The notes under the pieces were generated by a model. The model did not search any database. It was given only the letters and a program-made list of their open reading frames with translations, and had not been told where the DNA came from. 64,000 nucleotides of DNA from Eledone cirrhosa (taxonomy: Eukaryota): NCBI GenBank assembly GCA_964016885.1, contig OZ024740.1, forward strand, positions 208,816,001-208,880,000. The letters run 5' to 3'. How positions within the stretch are numbered: position 1 is the stretch's first letter; the number at the start of each line of letters is the position of its first letter. Positions 26,898 through 39,247 of the stretch are shown piece by piece. Made by a program: the position numbers and the translations under genes.

Positions 26898-27210
26898 GAC
26901 GGTAAATTGGCAGAATCGTTCGAACGTCGGATAGAAAGCTTTGCGGCATTCATTTTAACTCTCTGCTCTCTGAGTTCAAATCCTGCCGAGGTCAACTTTG
27001 CCTTTCATCCATTCGAGGTCGATAAAAAAAGTACCAGTCTAGTAGTGGGGTCAATTTTTCCTCTATATCTCTTTCTCATTTCTTCTCTCTCTCTCTCTGG
27101 AAGAAATCTGCTGTACTCAAACCTGGAAAGGTGATAGACTCCACCAGGTTTTAAAATGCCCTGGAAACGCCGTATATCCCTACGGCATTCCCAGGAGCTA
27201 CGGGTCCATA
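26898..27210 (+). mobile_element. SINE family 1 head/core with an alternative long 3' tail (also 44245-44540 +, 55905-56110 -)
   Basis: The core is followed by GGAAGAAATCTGC..TACTC...AAATGCCC.GGAAACGC...GGAG.TACG.G.CCATAC in the listed copies (most diverged at 55905-56110). Confidence 0.7.
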
Positions 27211-28521
27211 CATACATGTAAATTACAATAATTACCCCAAACTCTTGAATGTTTCTTGATAGAGTGAACAAGTCACGGGTGAAAAGTTCAAAGACTTGCC
27301 AAGATACTTTCTCGGATTGAATAAATGAGGTTTATTTTTCAACGTGGTCCCTGAAAAGAAACACTACAATAGTCAATAAGAATACTTGAAATTAATGCAT
27401 GCAAGATTTCATAGCACTAGCATCATTCCTTGTCAGCCTGTGAACATTTCAGTCGACTCCCGTATCTCAGAATAGGCTCCGTATTTCAATACTTTCGTTA
27501 AACCTGTTTCACATTATTTTCACTTGACTTTCTAAAAATAACATCCAAATCTTCCTCAATTCACAACTTATGTTCTAAGAAAAGGAAGAACACGTTGAAT
27601 AATATAGTCCTACATAGACTATGCCTTACAAAAAGACGGGATGATCTTGCTTTGAACACTTTTGATCATAGGTATATTCAATCAGAGCTGACTTGAAACT
27701 AAAGAACAATTGATAATAGCACTAAGATAATGTTGCGCATAATAGAGACTCTCATGTGTTTATTTTTATTATTCGTTGTGTGCTTTTGTTGTTGTTGTTG
27801 TTGTGTTCTTCTTCTTCTTCTTCTTCTTCTTCTTCTTCTTCTTCTTCATGGGGAGTCGTGGAGGCAGAATCCTCAAGCATTCCTTCCAGCAAGTGTCTAT
27901 TAAATCTACTTCTAAAATCACTATGGCTTCTACGAGATACTAGTCACAAGTATGAAAATACACTCATAACAGGTGCAATGTGTCCGAACACGGAAGAGCT
28001 GAACTCTCTCCGTCATAGTCCCCATCTCTCTCTCGCCCTCCCCATCTCTCCCTATAGTGAGCAAATGGGGTCCCACGTGCTGGCCGCCCCACAGCCCCGG
28101 CGGACAGAATGGAGAAGGCATTTCCCCGGAGGATGGTAAGGGAAATGCACTGGAAGAGCCATTCCATGTACATATCGTGTGTATTTCCATATACACCCCT
28201 ACTAAAAAACAACATACTGTATACATGACCATTTACTGATGAAGTAACAGAAAAATTGGGGTTCTTTGCTTCGGTAATAAATATTAGTGTTATCTTATGC
28301 AGTTAATTGACACTTTTATTTTTAAAAAAAAAACAGAACCAGAGATCCCTATATAAAAATGTTTATGTAAGTCGATGTTTTGGAGGAGACAACGTCTGGT
28401 TCTTTGGACACTTGAGGAAACATAGAAAATGAATTGTAGGAGTTTTCTCCCTTTATTCGCGGAAACTATTTTTTTTTTTTGTTCTTTTGGAAATTTTAAA
28501 TGCACACACACACACACACAC

Positions 28522-28594
<73 letters not shown>

Positions 28595-29553
28595 ACACAC
28601 TTACACATATATGATGGCTGCCCCCTCGTTATCGAGCATGGCCATTGCACAATATAACATTATGAGTTCAAATCCGGGCAAGGTTAACTTTGCCTTTCAT
28701 CCTTATGGGACCGATAAAATAAAGCACCAGTAATACACTGGCACAATTGCTGGCTTTGTGCCAAAAATAGAAACAATTATTAATTATTAATTAATGCTAT
28801 CGTGCAATGCCTGTGCCTAAAGATTTTTTCAAAGTGAGGAAAGACTGTGCACTGAGCCAATCCCACTCTCTGAGCGACAGTAGCTATAACCCGAAAAGAA
28901 GAAAAGATCAACGTCATCGGTAACTACTGAGCCGCAGGTTTTATGTCGGAGTTATCCCAGTTTCCTGAGTTGCCTTCTCCTAGACAAAGGCTAGGGGTCC
29001 TTCACTCCCAGTGGTTTAACCGCGCGTTCGGGTATCCAGCCTGACTATTTCTATGTCCTCGCGTTATACACATGATGGCTGCCCCCCCTCGTTATTGCGT
29101 ATGATACACATGATGGCTCCCCACACACATACACACACGCATTTATTGCAATTGTTTACATATTTTTTAACATATTTTACTTCTTTCTTTTTTTCCTTTT
29201 TTTTTTACTTTTCTATTCAAGACTCATGCTATAAGAGGCACCACACTTTTTTCCTTGACGTCACATAAAATTATATGTGTACGTATTGTAGCTTAATTGC
29301 TATAATTTAATGTTTTGTCTCTCATCTCTTACTCCATGGACAACGATTTGGCTTATGTCAGACGCTGTGACCCCGGTTGGGCAAGCAGTACCGTTAGTAG
29401 GGGGTCGAAACTGCTAAATTCCACTTCAACGGCCGATAGCCTGAAGTTCTGTGTCCTTCGTTTGTATTTTATTTTTAGAAATAATTTTTAAGGTTTCTCT
29501 TTAAATAATTGTTTATCGTTCATTGTCTTGTCCTCTCTTTGTTAATTTTCTTA

Positions 29554-29584
<31 letters not shown>

Positions 29585-29593
<9 letters not shown>

Positions 29594-30034
29594 TAAAAAA
29601 ATAATGAATAAACAAAGAAACAGTTCCTTATATTAAACAAAAAAAGTTCATTATTTTACGATCGTTTCTAGGACATATATGTGTTAGAATTGGTATGCAT
29701 ATTCAAAAGATCTATGTACAAAATTATACAAACTATCAAAGAGAATATACATACCTTCACATATATATGCTGTCTTCAGAAATAATGATGCATCTTTATT
29801 GATAATAACAACAATTCAAAATTACAGGTCTGTTTGGGAACAGATTTTAAATAGACCAATGAAAAACATAAAAATTTATCAAGAAAATACAGTTAGGTGT
29901 GTGTACATATGTATGTAAATCCGTTCACAGATGTGCATAAAAATGTATGTTCATATGTATACGTATGTTGAAAAAGTGTATGTAGATATAAAAATTTAGG
30001 GCTAATGTATCTGTATGTTTACAATCTACAGACA

Positions 30035-30091
<57 letters not shown>

Positions 30092-30641
30092 TACATACAT
30101 GCATACACATACACATACATACACATATACATACACATACATACATACACACATATACACACACACACATACGTATATATTATTATTATAACTATATGGA
30201 TATTGAGGCGCTCACATAAACACGCCCACACACACTTACATTTAGATGCAGAAGTAAAGGAGATAAGGGAGTAAGTAATTAAAGGAAAGTGTCAATCTCG
30301 ACATACTTATAAAATGTATCCATAAAGTTAGAAATAAAAAAAAAAATTTATAGAAGGAAAAAACTCAAAAAAAGGGGGAACAAAAAAATATATATGGGGG
30401 GGTACGTACATACACAGACGCGAATGTCTCACAAAAGAAATATAAAAAAACATAAAAAAAACATAAAAGAGAGACATAAAATATACATGCTTATATACAT
30501 ACGCACATTTACACATCCATAGGTTCGATACATACATACGTACACACACACACATACACATACTTAACCTCACGCATATTAACCTGTTTGTATGCATATA
30601 CATAAAAATAAGTAAAACATATACCCATACATATAAATACA

Positions 30642-30701
<60 letters not shown>

Positions 30702-30728
30702 CACACACACACATATATACATATATAT

Positions 30729-30767
<39 letters not shown>

Positions 30768-30780
30768 TATATACACATAT

Positions 30781-30813
<33 letters not shown>

Positions 30814-30844
30814 CATACACACACACACATATATACATATATAT

Positions 30845-30875
<31 letters not shown>

Positions 30876-31012
30876 CATATATATATACACATATATACAT
30901 ACATATATATATACATATATATACATATACACACACATACCCATGTATATATATACACAACCACACACACACACACACTCAGACATACATATATATAGAG
31001 ACATACATACAC

Positions 31013-31049
<37 letters not shown>

Positions 31050-31262
31050 CACACAGTCAGACACATATGCACATATATACACATACATACACACATCTCT
31101 ACAAATACATATACATACACATACATGCATACACATATATATACACATATATATATATATATATATATACACTCATACACACACATTTACATGCGCACAT
31201 ATGTATTTTTATACTCAGTGTATGTATATGTGTATGTATGTGTATGTGTATGCATATATGTA

Positions 31263-31307
<45 letters not shown>

Positions 31308-31887
31308 TGTCTGTAGATTGTAAACATACAGATACATTAGCCCTAAATTTTTATATCTACATACACTTTTTCAACATACGTATACATATGAACATACATT
31401 TTTATGCACATCTGTGAACGGATTTACATACATATGTACACACACCTAACTGTATTTTCTTGATAAATTTTTATGTTTTTCATTGGTCTATTTAAAATCT
31501 GTTCCCAAACAGACCTGTAATTTTGAATTGTTGTTATCAATAAAGATGCATCATTATTTCTGAAGACAGCATATATATGTGAAGGTATGTATATTCTCTT
31601 TGATAGTTTGTATAATTTTGTACATAGATCTTTTGAATATGCATACCAATTCTAACACATATATGTCCTAGAAACGATCGTAAAATAATGAACTTTTTTT
31701 GTTTAATATAAGGAACTGTTTCTTTGTTTATTCATTATTTTTTTAATATTTTATCTTGACTCTGTATTCCGTTTATCTTTCACCGAAAGTGATTTTTGAA
31801 TGCATCTCTTCTTTTCATGATATCCGGATTACATTGAGTTCTTCATACGGATTGGACACTACCGTAAACTTTTGGTAGATTTATCTA
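29585..31887 (+). mobile_element. Foldback element (arms ~29585-30135 / 31218-31754, one-sided tail 31755-31887) between (TA)n tracts
   Basis: Near-identical inverted arms with mirror hammerhead motifs. Confidence 0.85.
31552..31690 (+). ncRNA. Type I hammerhead ribozyme motif with 104-nt stem II region (mirror at 29649-29787 -)
   Basis: CATTATTT-CTGAAGA-[104 nt incl. ATATATGTG/CACATATAT]-GAAAC-GATC-GTA-AAATAATG. Confidence 0.7.
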
Positions 31888-31896
31888 CATATATAT

Positions 31897-31953
<57 letters not shown>

Positions 31954-31989
31954 TATATATATATTATATATATATTATATATATATATA

Positions 31990-32963
31990 TATATATAAAG
32001 CTGTGGTTGTCTGTCTGTCTATCGATTTTTGGCACACATCTCCTCTTAGAATCTCTGACAGAATTGCACCGAAATTGCTATACTTGTACATTGAGCCCTA
32101 GCGAAGACATCGGAAAAAAATATTTCAAATTGACCCACCCTATGTGACGAAATCGAATCTAATGTATCGATTTTTGAGCGTAAGTGACGAGTTATTTCCC
32201 TTTGTTCTGTTTACATTGAGCGTCTTACGTTCTGTTTACATTTTCTGCGTGCAAAAATTAAAAAAATTACGCTGGCTTTCTCAGCGTTTAAAATGACATT
32301 AACACAATACACGAACAGTTGTCGAGCCAGCAAAATTTTGACCTGCAAAATTCATCAGTTCGAACACTAAGCTTCCGTTTTGCTTCATTTCCATTTAAAA
32401 GCCTTTTAAAACAATATTTTTACTTGAAGACAAGTCTATTTAAAGACTACGTAAAACAAGCAAATATTTCGTTAAAAAAAGCAAAAATTATATAAGTTTA
32501 TTTAAAATATATGTATCTGTAAATTTCGTTAGGCGTGCAGACAGACAGTCGTGCAGAGAGGTGATATACGCGTGCAGACAGACAGTCGTGCAGAGAGGTG
32601 ATATAGGCGTGCAGACAGATAGTCGTGCAGAGAGGTGATATAGGCGTGCAGACAGACATAACTGATAATTTGGTTACGCTAATGTTTTTCTCTGCGTTGC
32701 AGTGTTTACATTTTCGATCTTTGTTAATAAATAACCAGTGCAGTTTTTATCCCGAGCATCCTCTTTTGTTATAACATTCGGGTTATCGTTATGTTTTCTT
32801 AACTTCATAAGGCATATTGTTGGTTGAGGGAATATTAATCAAAAACACCACATGCAAGTCTGCACAGTAGACACTACAGTTTTTAAGCCAAAAAAGAAAC
32901 TTAACATTGTAACTTTAACACAGCTACTGAGCGACCCCGAGCAACGCCGGGCTTTACTGCTAG
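31990..32963 (+). mobile_element. Non-autonomous Helitron-like element, copy 1 (internal 37-bp tandem repeats at 32531-32657)
   Basis: 5' TATATAAAGCTGTGGTTGTCTGTCTGTC. 3' hairpin CCCG-AGCAACGC-CGGG then CTAG-T. Confidence 0.8.
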
Positions 32964-33621
32964 TATATATATAAAGCTGTGGTTGTCTGTCTGTCTATCG
33001 ATTTTTGGCACACATCTCCTCTTAGAATCTCTGACGGTATTGCACCGAAATTGCTATACTTGTACATTGAGCCCTAGCGAAGACATCGGAAAAAAAATAT
33101 TTCAAATTGACCCACCCTATGTGACGAAATCGAATCTAATGAATCGATTTTTGAGCGTAAGTGACGAGTTATTTCCCTTTGTTCTGTTTACATTGAGCGT
33201 CTTACGTTCTGTTTACATTTTCTGCGTGCAAAAATTAAAAAAATTACGCTGGCTTTCTCAGCGTTTAAAATGACATTAACACAATACACGAGCAGTTGTC
33301 GAGCCAGCAAAATTTTGACCTGCAAAATTCATCAGTTCGAACACTAAACTTCCGTTTTGCTTCATTTCCATTTAAAAGCCTTTTAAAACAATATTTTTAC
33401 TTGAAAACAAGTCTATTTAAAGACTACGTAAAACAAGCAAATATTTCGTAAAAAAAAGCAAAAATTATATAAGTTTATTTAAAATATATGTATCTGTAAA
33501 TTTCGTTAGGCGTGCAGAGAGACAGTCGTGCAGACAGACTTTAAGCCAAAAAAGAAACTTAACATTGTAACTTTAACACAGCTACTGAGCGACCCCGAGC
33601 AACGCCGGGCTTTACTGCTAG
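32964..33621 (+). mobile_element. Non-autonomous Helitron-like element, copy 2 (head-to-tail, internally deleted)
   Basis: Near-identical to copy 1 with ~310 bp missing. Same hairpin plus CTAG end. Confidence 0.8.
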
Positions 33622-33794
33622 TATATTATATGTATATTATATATATATATATATATATAATATATATATATAATATATATATATATATATTATATATATA
33701 TATATATATATAATATATAATATATATATATATATATAATATATATATATAATATATATATATATATATTATATATATATTATATATATATATA

Positions 33795-35351
33795 TCATCA
33801 TCATCATCATCATCAACGTTTAACGTCCGTGTTCCACGCTTGCATGGCTTTGGACGGGGGTTTTCCCACTTGAGGCAAGAGTGATTGTCTTGCTCGCATA
33901 GGACTGTCTGGCAGGTTTTCTACAGTTGGATGCCCTTCCTAACACCAACCACATTTACAGTGTGGGTCTGGGAAGTTTTTACCGTGTTGCCTACACGGCC
34001 ACATTACAGCGTGGACTGTGTGTTTTTTTGTCGTGACACCTACACGATCTCATTTGTTTCGGCCTGGATGGCCTGGCACCAACATAATTTTACATAGAAG
34101 GGGGTGGTGTGGGTGGGGGGTGTATTTTGTTAGAGATGCCTACTGGCTGTAGTAGGTTTTACTATGTATTTAGGTAAGGCGGGTCTTCTAGTTACTGAGT
34201 ACCGCCAAAGGTCTCGGTCCAGTGACATTGTCTTGGAGAGGTGTAAGTGTGTGAGGTCGGAGTTTATCAGCTCGTCCCAGGTTTTTCTAGGTCTGCCTAT
34301 TCCGTGGCTACCGTCTATCTTTATTGCCCTGCACTTTGTTATACAGCTATCGACTTTCATGCGCATCACGTGTCCATACCAACGTAGCCTTCTCTCGAGT
34401 AAACAACATCTGATCCCTCTTATTTCTAATTTTTTCCTTAGTTCGTTTATGCTTTGCCGTTCACGTATATTACTGTTACACATCCAGCGGAGCATGCATG
34501 CTTCGTTTCTCTCTAGTCTGCGTATATCCTCTGCACACAATGCCCAGGCCTCACTGCCATGCAACATTGCTGTTCGTATGCAGGCATCATACAACCTGCC
34601 TTTCATTTTTAGGGAGAACCCTTTAGCAGCTAATAGTGGTATAAGCTCTCTGAACTTTTTCCAACCAGTTCTGACTCTAGCTACTGTACTTTCAGAGCAC
34701 CCTCCCCCACTGCTGATTTTGTCGCCCAGGTAGCGGAAGCTGTCCACTATTTCTATAGAACCCTCTGCGCAATTGAAAGAGCTAGTATTTTGTGGGCACT
34801 TGCTGCTACTTATTGCACCAGAGCACCGCCCACATGTAAAATCTATGTTCTTAGTTAGCTTACCTGTGATCCCACTACACCTTTTATGCACCCATACTTT
34901 GCATTTGGGACATAAAACGGAGTTTCTACCTACGCCTTTCCTACACACTGAGCATGGCCATTTCCCAGAAGGGACCGCCGCCTTATTTTCTTTCCTACAA
35001 ACTAGAACTTTAGTCTTAGCCAGGTTAATTTTTAGTCCTTTTGATTCTAGGCCGTGCTTCCATGTTTGGAATTTCTTCTCTAGCTCGGCCATTGATTCAG
35101 CTATAAGTGTCAGGTCGTCTGCGTATAGGAGTTCCCATAGGCAGCCGGTCTTGAACTCCTCTGTTATAGCCTGAAGGGCAATAATAAATAGTAGGGGGCT
35201 GAGAACAGAGCCCTGATGGACGCCAACTTTTACGCTAAACTCTTCACTATATTCGTTGTTAATTCTAACCTTGCTGACTGTTTCTTTATACATGGCTTGT
35301 ATAGCTCTCACAAGCCATTCGTCAACACCTAGTTTTCTAAGAGCCCACCAG
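33795..35351 (-). mobile_element. Young 5'-truncated RTE-clade LINE with 3' UTR and (GAT)n tail
   Basis: Uninterrupted RT frame, 3' UTR ending GGACGTTAAACGTTGATGATGAT, flanked by (TA)n. Confidence 0.92.
34130..35311 (-). CDS. Reverse transcriptase C-terminal part (RTE-like, 5'-truncated) with internal PHD-type zinc finger
   Basis: VHQGSVLSPLLF, LLYADDL, FRYLG and RLRWYGHVMR motifs. C4-H-C3 pattern at aa 120-163. Confidence 0.85.
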   Translation of the reverse strand: MRAIQAMYKETVSKVRINNEYSEEFSVKVGVHQGSVLSPLLFIIALQAITEEFKTGCLWELLYADDLTLIAESMAELEKKFQTWKHGLESKGLKINLAKTKVLVCRKENKAAVPSGKWPCSVCRKGVGRNSVLCPKCKVWVHKRCSGITGKLTKNIDFTCGRCSGAISSSKCPQNTSSFNCAEGSIEIVDSFRYLGDKISSGGGCSESTVARVRTGWKKFRELIPLLAAKGFSLKMKGRLYDACIRTAMLHGSEAWALCAEDIRRLERNEACMLRWMCNSNIRERQSINELRKKLEIRGIRCCLLERRLRWYGHVMRMKVDSCITKCRAIKIDGSHGIGRPRKTWDELINSDLTHLHLSKTMSLDRDLWRYSVTRRPALPKYIVKPTTASRHL

Positions 35352-35509
35352 ATAATATATATATATATAATATATATATATATTATATATATATATATAT
35401 ATAATATATATATATATTATATTATATATATATATATATATTATATTATATATATATATATATATTATATTATATATATATATATATTATATTATATATA
35501 TATATATAT

Positions 35510-35636
<127 letters not shown>

Positions 35637-35659
35637 TATATATATATATATATATTATA

Positions 35660-38508
35660 TTACAATATTAAATAAATGGAAAACTATATTTATAAAACCA
35701 TATTTATTTCATTATATATATTCGGGGATATCATATTAACAATATGCTATGCCTTCATCAGACAAAATACAATATAAACAGTTTTATAGATAAATAGATT
35801 CGACATACCGTAATAAACACCGACTTCATTTGAAGAGGTTTACGCTAGCAGTGAAAATGTTATACAGAGAGAAAGAAAGAGAGAAAAAAAAAAGAAAGAA
35901 AGACAAAACGAAGAAAAGGAAGAAAAAGAAGAAAAAGAAAAAGAAGAAATGCATGGAACAAAATAAAGAGATGGAAAGATAGATAAAGCGAAGAGCTTCA
36001 TGTAAAGAAACAGAAAGAGATATATATATAGAGAGAGAGAGGAAATAGAGATAGATACATATATATATAGAAAATTAGGTAGTGGGAGGTCATTTTGAGT
36101 AAGCGTATCAATGATACATTTATTTATTTATTTATTTATTTAGCTCAAGTATTAATGTAAGGGAGATATATAGAGAGAGGAAAAAAAATATAGAGAGAGG
36201 AAAAAATAGCGAGAGAAAAAATTTAAAAATAGCCAGACATATTCGAGGCGTAAAAAACCCTATGTTTTAATGTATTAGTATTTATAAAACTTACACTATA
36301 TTGTAAATATCAGTATTCCTGAATGAAACAAGTATCCATAATGTGTGAAAATTAATTATCTTATGTTTAGTTTTAAAAAATTCATATGTTTATGTGACAG
36401 CTACAAACATCCATGCGAATCCAACTGATTCACTCTGCAAACTCTAAGTCACCGGAAAACATTCTCAATGTAGTATAAAAATTTGAGCGTATTATTATTC
36501 CTGTCATTACTCTACAATATTATCTATCAAGCAGAAATAGAGAGCAGATTTCAATATACTAATAAAAATATATATTATATTATAAACAAAACTAAAAATA
36601 AAAAGATAACAATAATAATAATAAGTAAAAATATAGAATAGAAAAAAAAAAAAAAAAAAAAAATATTACGAAAGAATATTACATAATAAAAATATTACAT
36701 ATTAAAAATACTACGTATTAAAAAATATTACGTATTAAAAATTTACATATTAAAGATATTAAAAATAAAATAAAAATAAAAATTAAAAAATATTATAGAC
36801 TACTACAATACTAAAAAATAAAAATAAAAATAAAAATAAAAAATAAAAATAAAAATAAACCACAAAGAACAACCCTTCAAAGTTAATTGACAATATATTG
36901 CCAAGTTCATTACAAGACAAAGCCAAAAAATTATCTATCAAATCACATCTAGCAAAGAACATTTCAAAAAGATTATGATGTCCAATTAGGTCTACATATG
37001 TTCTTATATTTAATATATAAGTTTATCTAGTGTAAGGTTAATTCAAATTTGATAGATAATTTTTTGGCTTTGTCTTGTAATGAACTTGGCAATATATTGT
37101 CAATTAACTTTGAAGGGTTGTTCTTTGTGGTTTATTTTTTATTTTTATTTTTATTTTTATTTTTATTTTTATTTTTATTTTTATTTTTATTTTTATTTTT
37201 ATTTTTATTTTTATTTTTATTTTTATTTTTATTTTTATTTTTATTTTTATTTTTATTTTTTAGTATTGTAGTAGTCTATAATATTTTTTAATTTTTATTT
37301 TTATTTTATTTTTAATATCTTTAATATGTAAATTTTTAATACGTAATATTTTTTAATACGTAGTATTTTTAATATGTAATATTTTTATTATGTAATATTC
37401 TTTCGTAATATTTTTTTTTTTTTTTTTTTTCTATTCTATATTTTTACTTATTATTATTATTGTTATCTTTTTATTTTTAGTTTTGTTTATAATATAATAT
37501 ATATTTTTATTAGTATATTGAAATCTGCTCTCTATTTCTGCTTGATAGATAATATTGTAGAGTAATGACAGGAATAATAATACGCTCAAATTTTTATACC
37601 ACATTGAGAATGTTTTCCGGTGACTTAGAGTTTGCAGAGTGAATCAGTTGGATTCGCATGGATGTTTGTAGCTGTCACATAAACATATGAATCTTTTAAA
37701 ACTAAACATAAGATAATTAATTTTCACACATTATGGATACTTGTTTCATTCAGGAATACTGATATTTACAATATAGTGTAAGTTTTATAAATACTAATAC
37801 ATTAAAACATAGGGTTTTTTACGCCTCGAATATGTCTGGCTATTTATATATTTTTAAATTTTTTCTCTCGCTATTTTTTCATCTCTCTATATTTTTTTTT
37901 TTCCTCTCTCTATATATCTCCCTTACATTAATACTTGAGCTAAATAAATAAATAAATAAATAAATGTATCATTGATACGCTTACTCAAAATGACCTCCCA
38001 CTACCTAATTTTCTATATATATATGTATCTATCTCTATTTCCTCTCTCTATATATATATATCTCTCTTTCTGTTTCTTTACATGAAGCTCTTCGCTTTAT
38101 CTATCTTTCCATCTCTTTATTTTGTTCCATGCATTTCTTCTTTTTCTTTTTCTTCTTTTTCTTCCTTTTCTTCGTTTTGTCTTTCTTTCTTTTTTTTCTC
38201 TCTTTCTTTCTCTCTGTATAAAATTTTCACTGCTAGCGTAAACCTCTTCAAATGAAGTCGGTGTTTATTACGGTATGTCGAATCTATTTATCTATAAAAC
38301 TGTTTATATTGTATTTTGTCTGATGAAGGCATAGCATATTGTTAATATGATATCCCCGAAATATATATAATGAAATAAATATGGTTTTATAAATATAGTT
38401 TTCCATTTATTTAATATTGTAAATATACTCCAAATATTTGTCGAGTGCTTTTATATCAGTTATAAATATTTACTAGTTGTAACCCAACAATTTTAAATAT
38501 AACTTTAC
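35660..38508 (+). mobile_element. Large foldback element (arms 35660-36943 / 37047-38422, tail 38423-38508) between (TA)n tracts
   Basis: ~1.3-kb near-perfect inverted repeat with a ~100-bp spacer and a hammerhead near each outer end. Confidence 0.88.
38312..38377 (+). ncRNA. Type I hammerhead ribozyme motif (mirror at ~35705-35769 -, lacking one A of GAAA)
   Basis: TATTTTGT-CTGATGA-[CATATT-GTT-AATATG stem]-GAAA-T-ATAT-ATA-ATGAAATA. Confidence 0.7.
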
Positions 38509-38511
38509 ATA

Positions 38512-38552
<41 letters not shown>

Positions 38553-38558
<6 letters not shown>

Positions 38559-38880
38559 TATGAAGAGAGAAGAAACATTTAGATATAATTAGTAATAAAA
38601 TGTATCATACCTAAACTGTTCCTCGCAAGGACTCTATATCTTTGATATATTGTTTTTGTTTATGCCACGAAACTACGTAGTCGAGGAATTTAGGAACAGT
38701 TTAGGTATGATACATTTTATTACTAATTATATCTAAATGTTTCTTCTCTCTTCATAATGTATTTTTAACTCTGATACTGGTTCAGTCTAGTTCAAACTGA
38801 ATTGGTCTGTCCCAGTCATTCATTGAGCAACATCGGTGAAGTTGGCACCCTTAACTCACAGTTGGGTGCGGATGCATTCA
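38553..38880 (+). mobile_element. Small foldback (arms 38553-38623 / 38692-38762) with hammerhead 3' half and one-sided tail
   Basis: Perfect ~70-bp inverted repeat. The spacer contains GAAAC-TACGTA-GTC-GAGGAA. Confidence 0.7.
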
Positions 38881-38918
38881 TGTATATATGTGTGCGTCCG
38901 CATGTATCTGTGTGTTTC

Positions 38919-38954
<36 letters not shown>

Positions 38955-38964
38955 TATATATATA

Positions 38965-39004
<40 letters not shown>

Positions 39005-39012
<8 letters not shown>

Positions 39013-39247
39013 ATATTTTGGCAGGGTCATGTTGCCAATAAAAATACACGCACCTGTTGGTTTTCAGTTTATTTTAAAAGTTTCCGGTTGGTTGACTGGC
39101 TGGTTCGATAACCGTGGAGGTTGTTTATATATTATCAAAGCCCTTTCGTGACATCTTTTTTTTTTTTTTTTTTTTGCAACATGACCCTCCTAAAGTATAA
39201 CAATATCTGTTTCAACACACGTTTTCAGATAAGAAATCTCGCAAAAC
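39005..39247 (+). mobile_element. Short foldback of the TGACCCTCC..ATAACAATAT module with tail CTGTTTCAACACACG..CGCAAAAC
   Basis: ~30-bp imperfect inverted arms 39005-39035 / 39176-39206. The tail matches 17246-17286 (-) and 41170-41210. Confidence 0.7.

Noticed and set aside
29364-29412. Hammerhead-like CTGTGA-CCCC..GGGG-TCGAAAC
   Set aside because: The core lacks a base and there is no NUH or stem I. At most a decayed motif.
34164-35174. Plus-strand ORFs of 189 and 133 aa
   Set aside because: Antisense shadows of the RTE reverse transcriptase frame.
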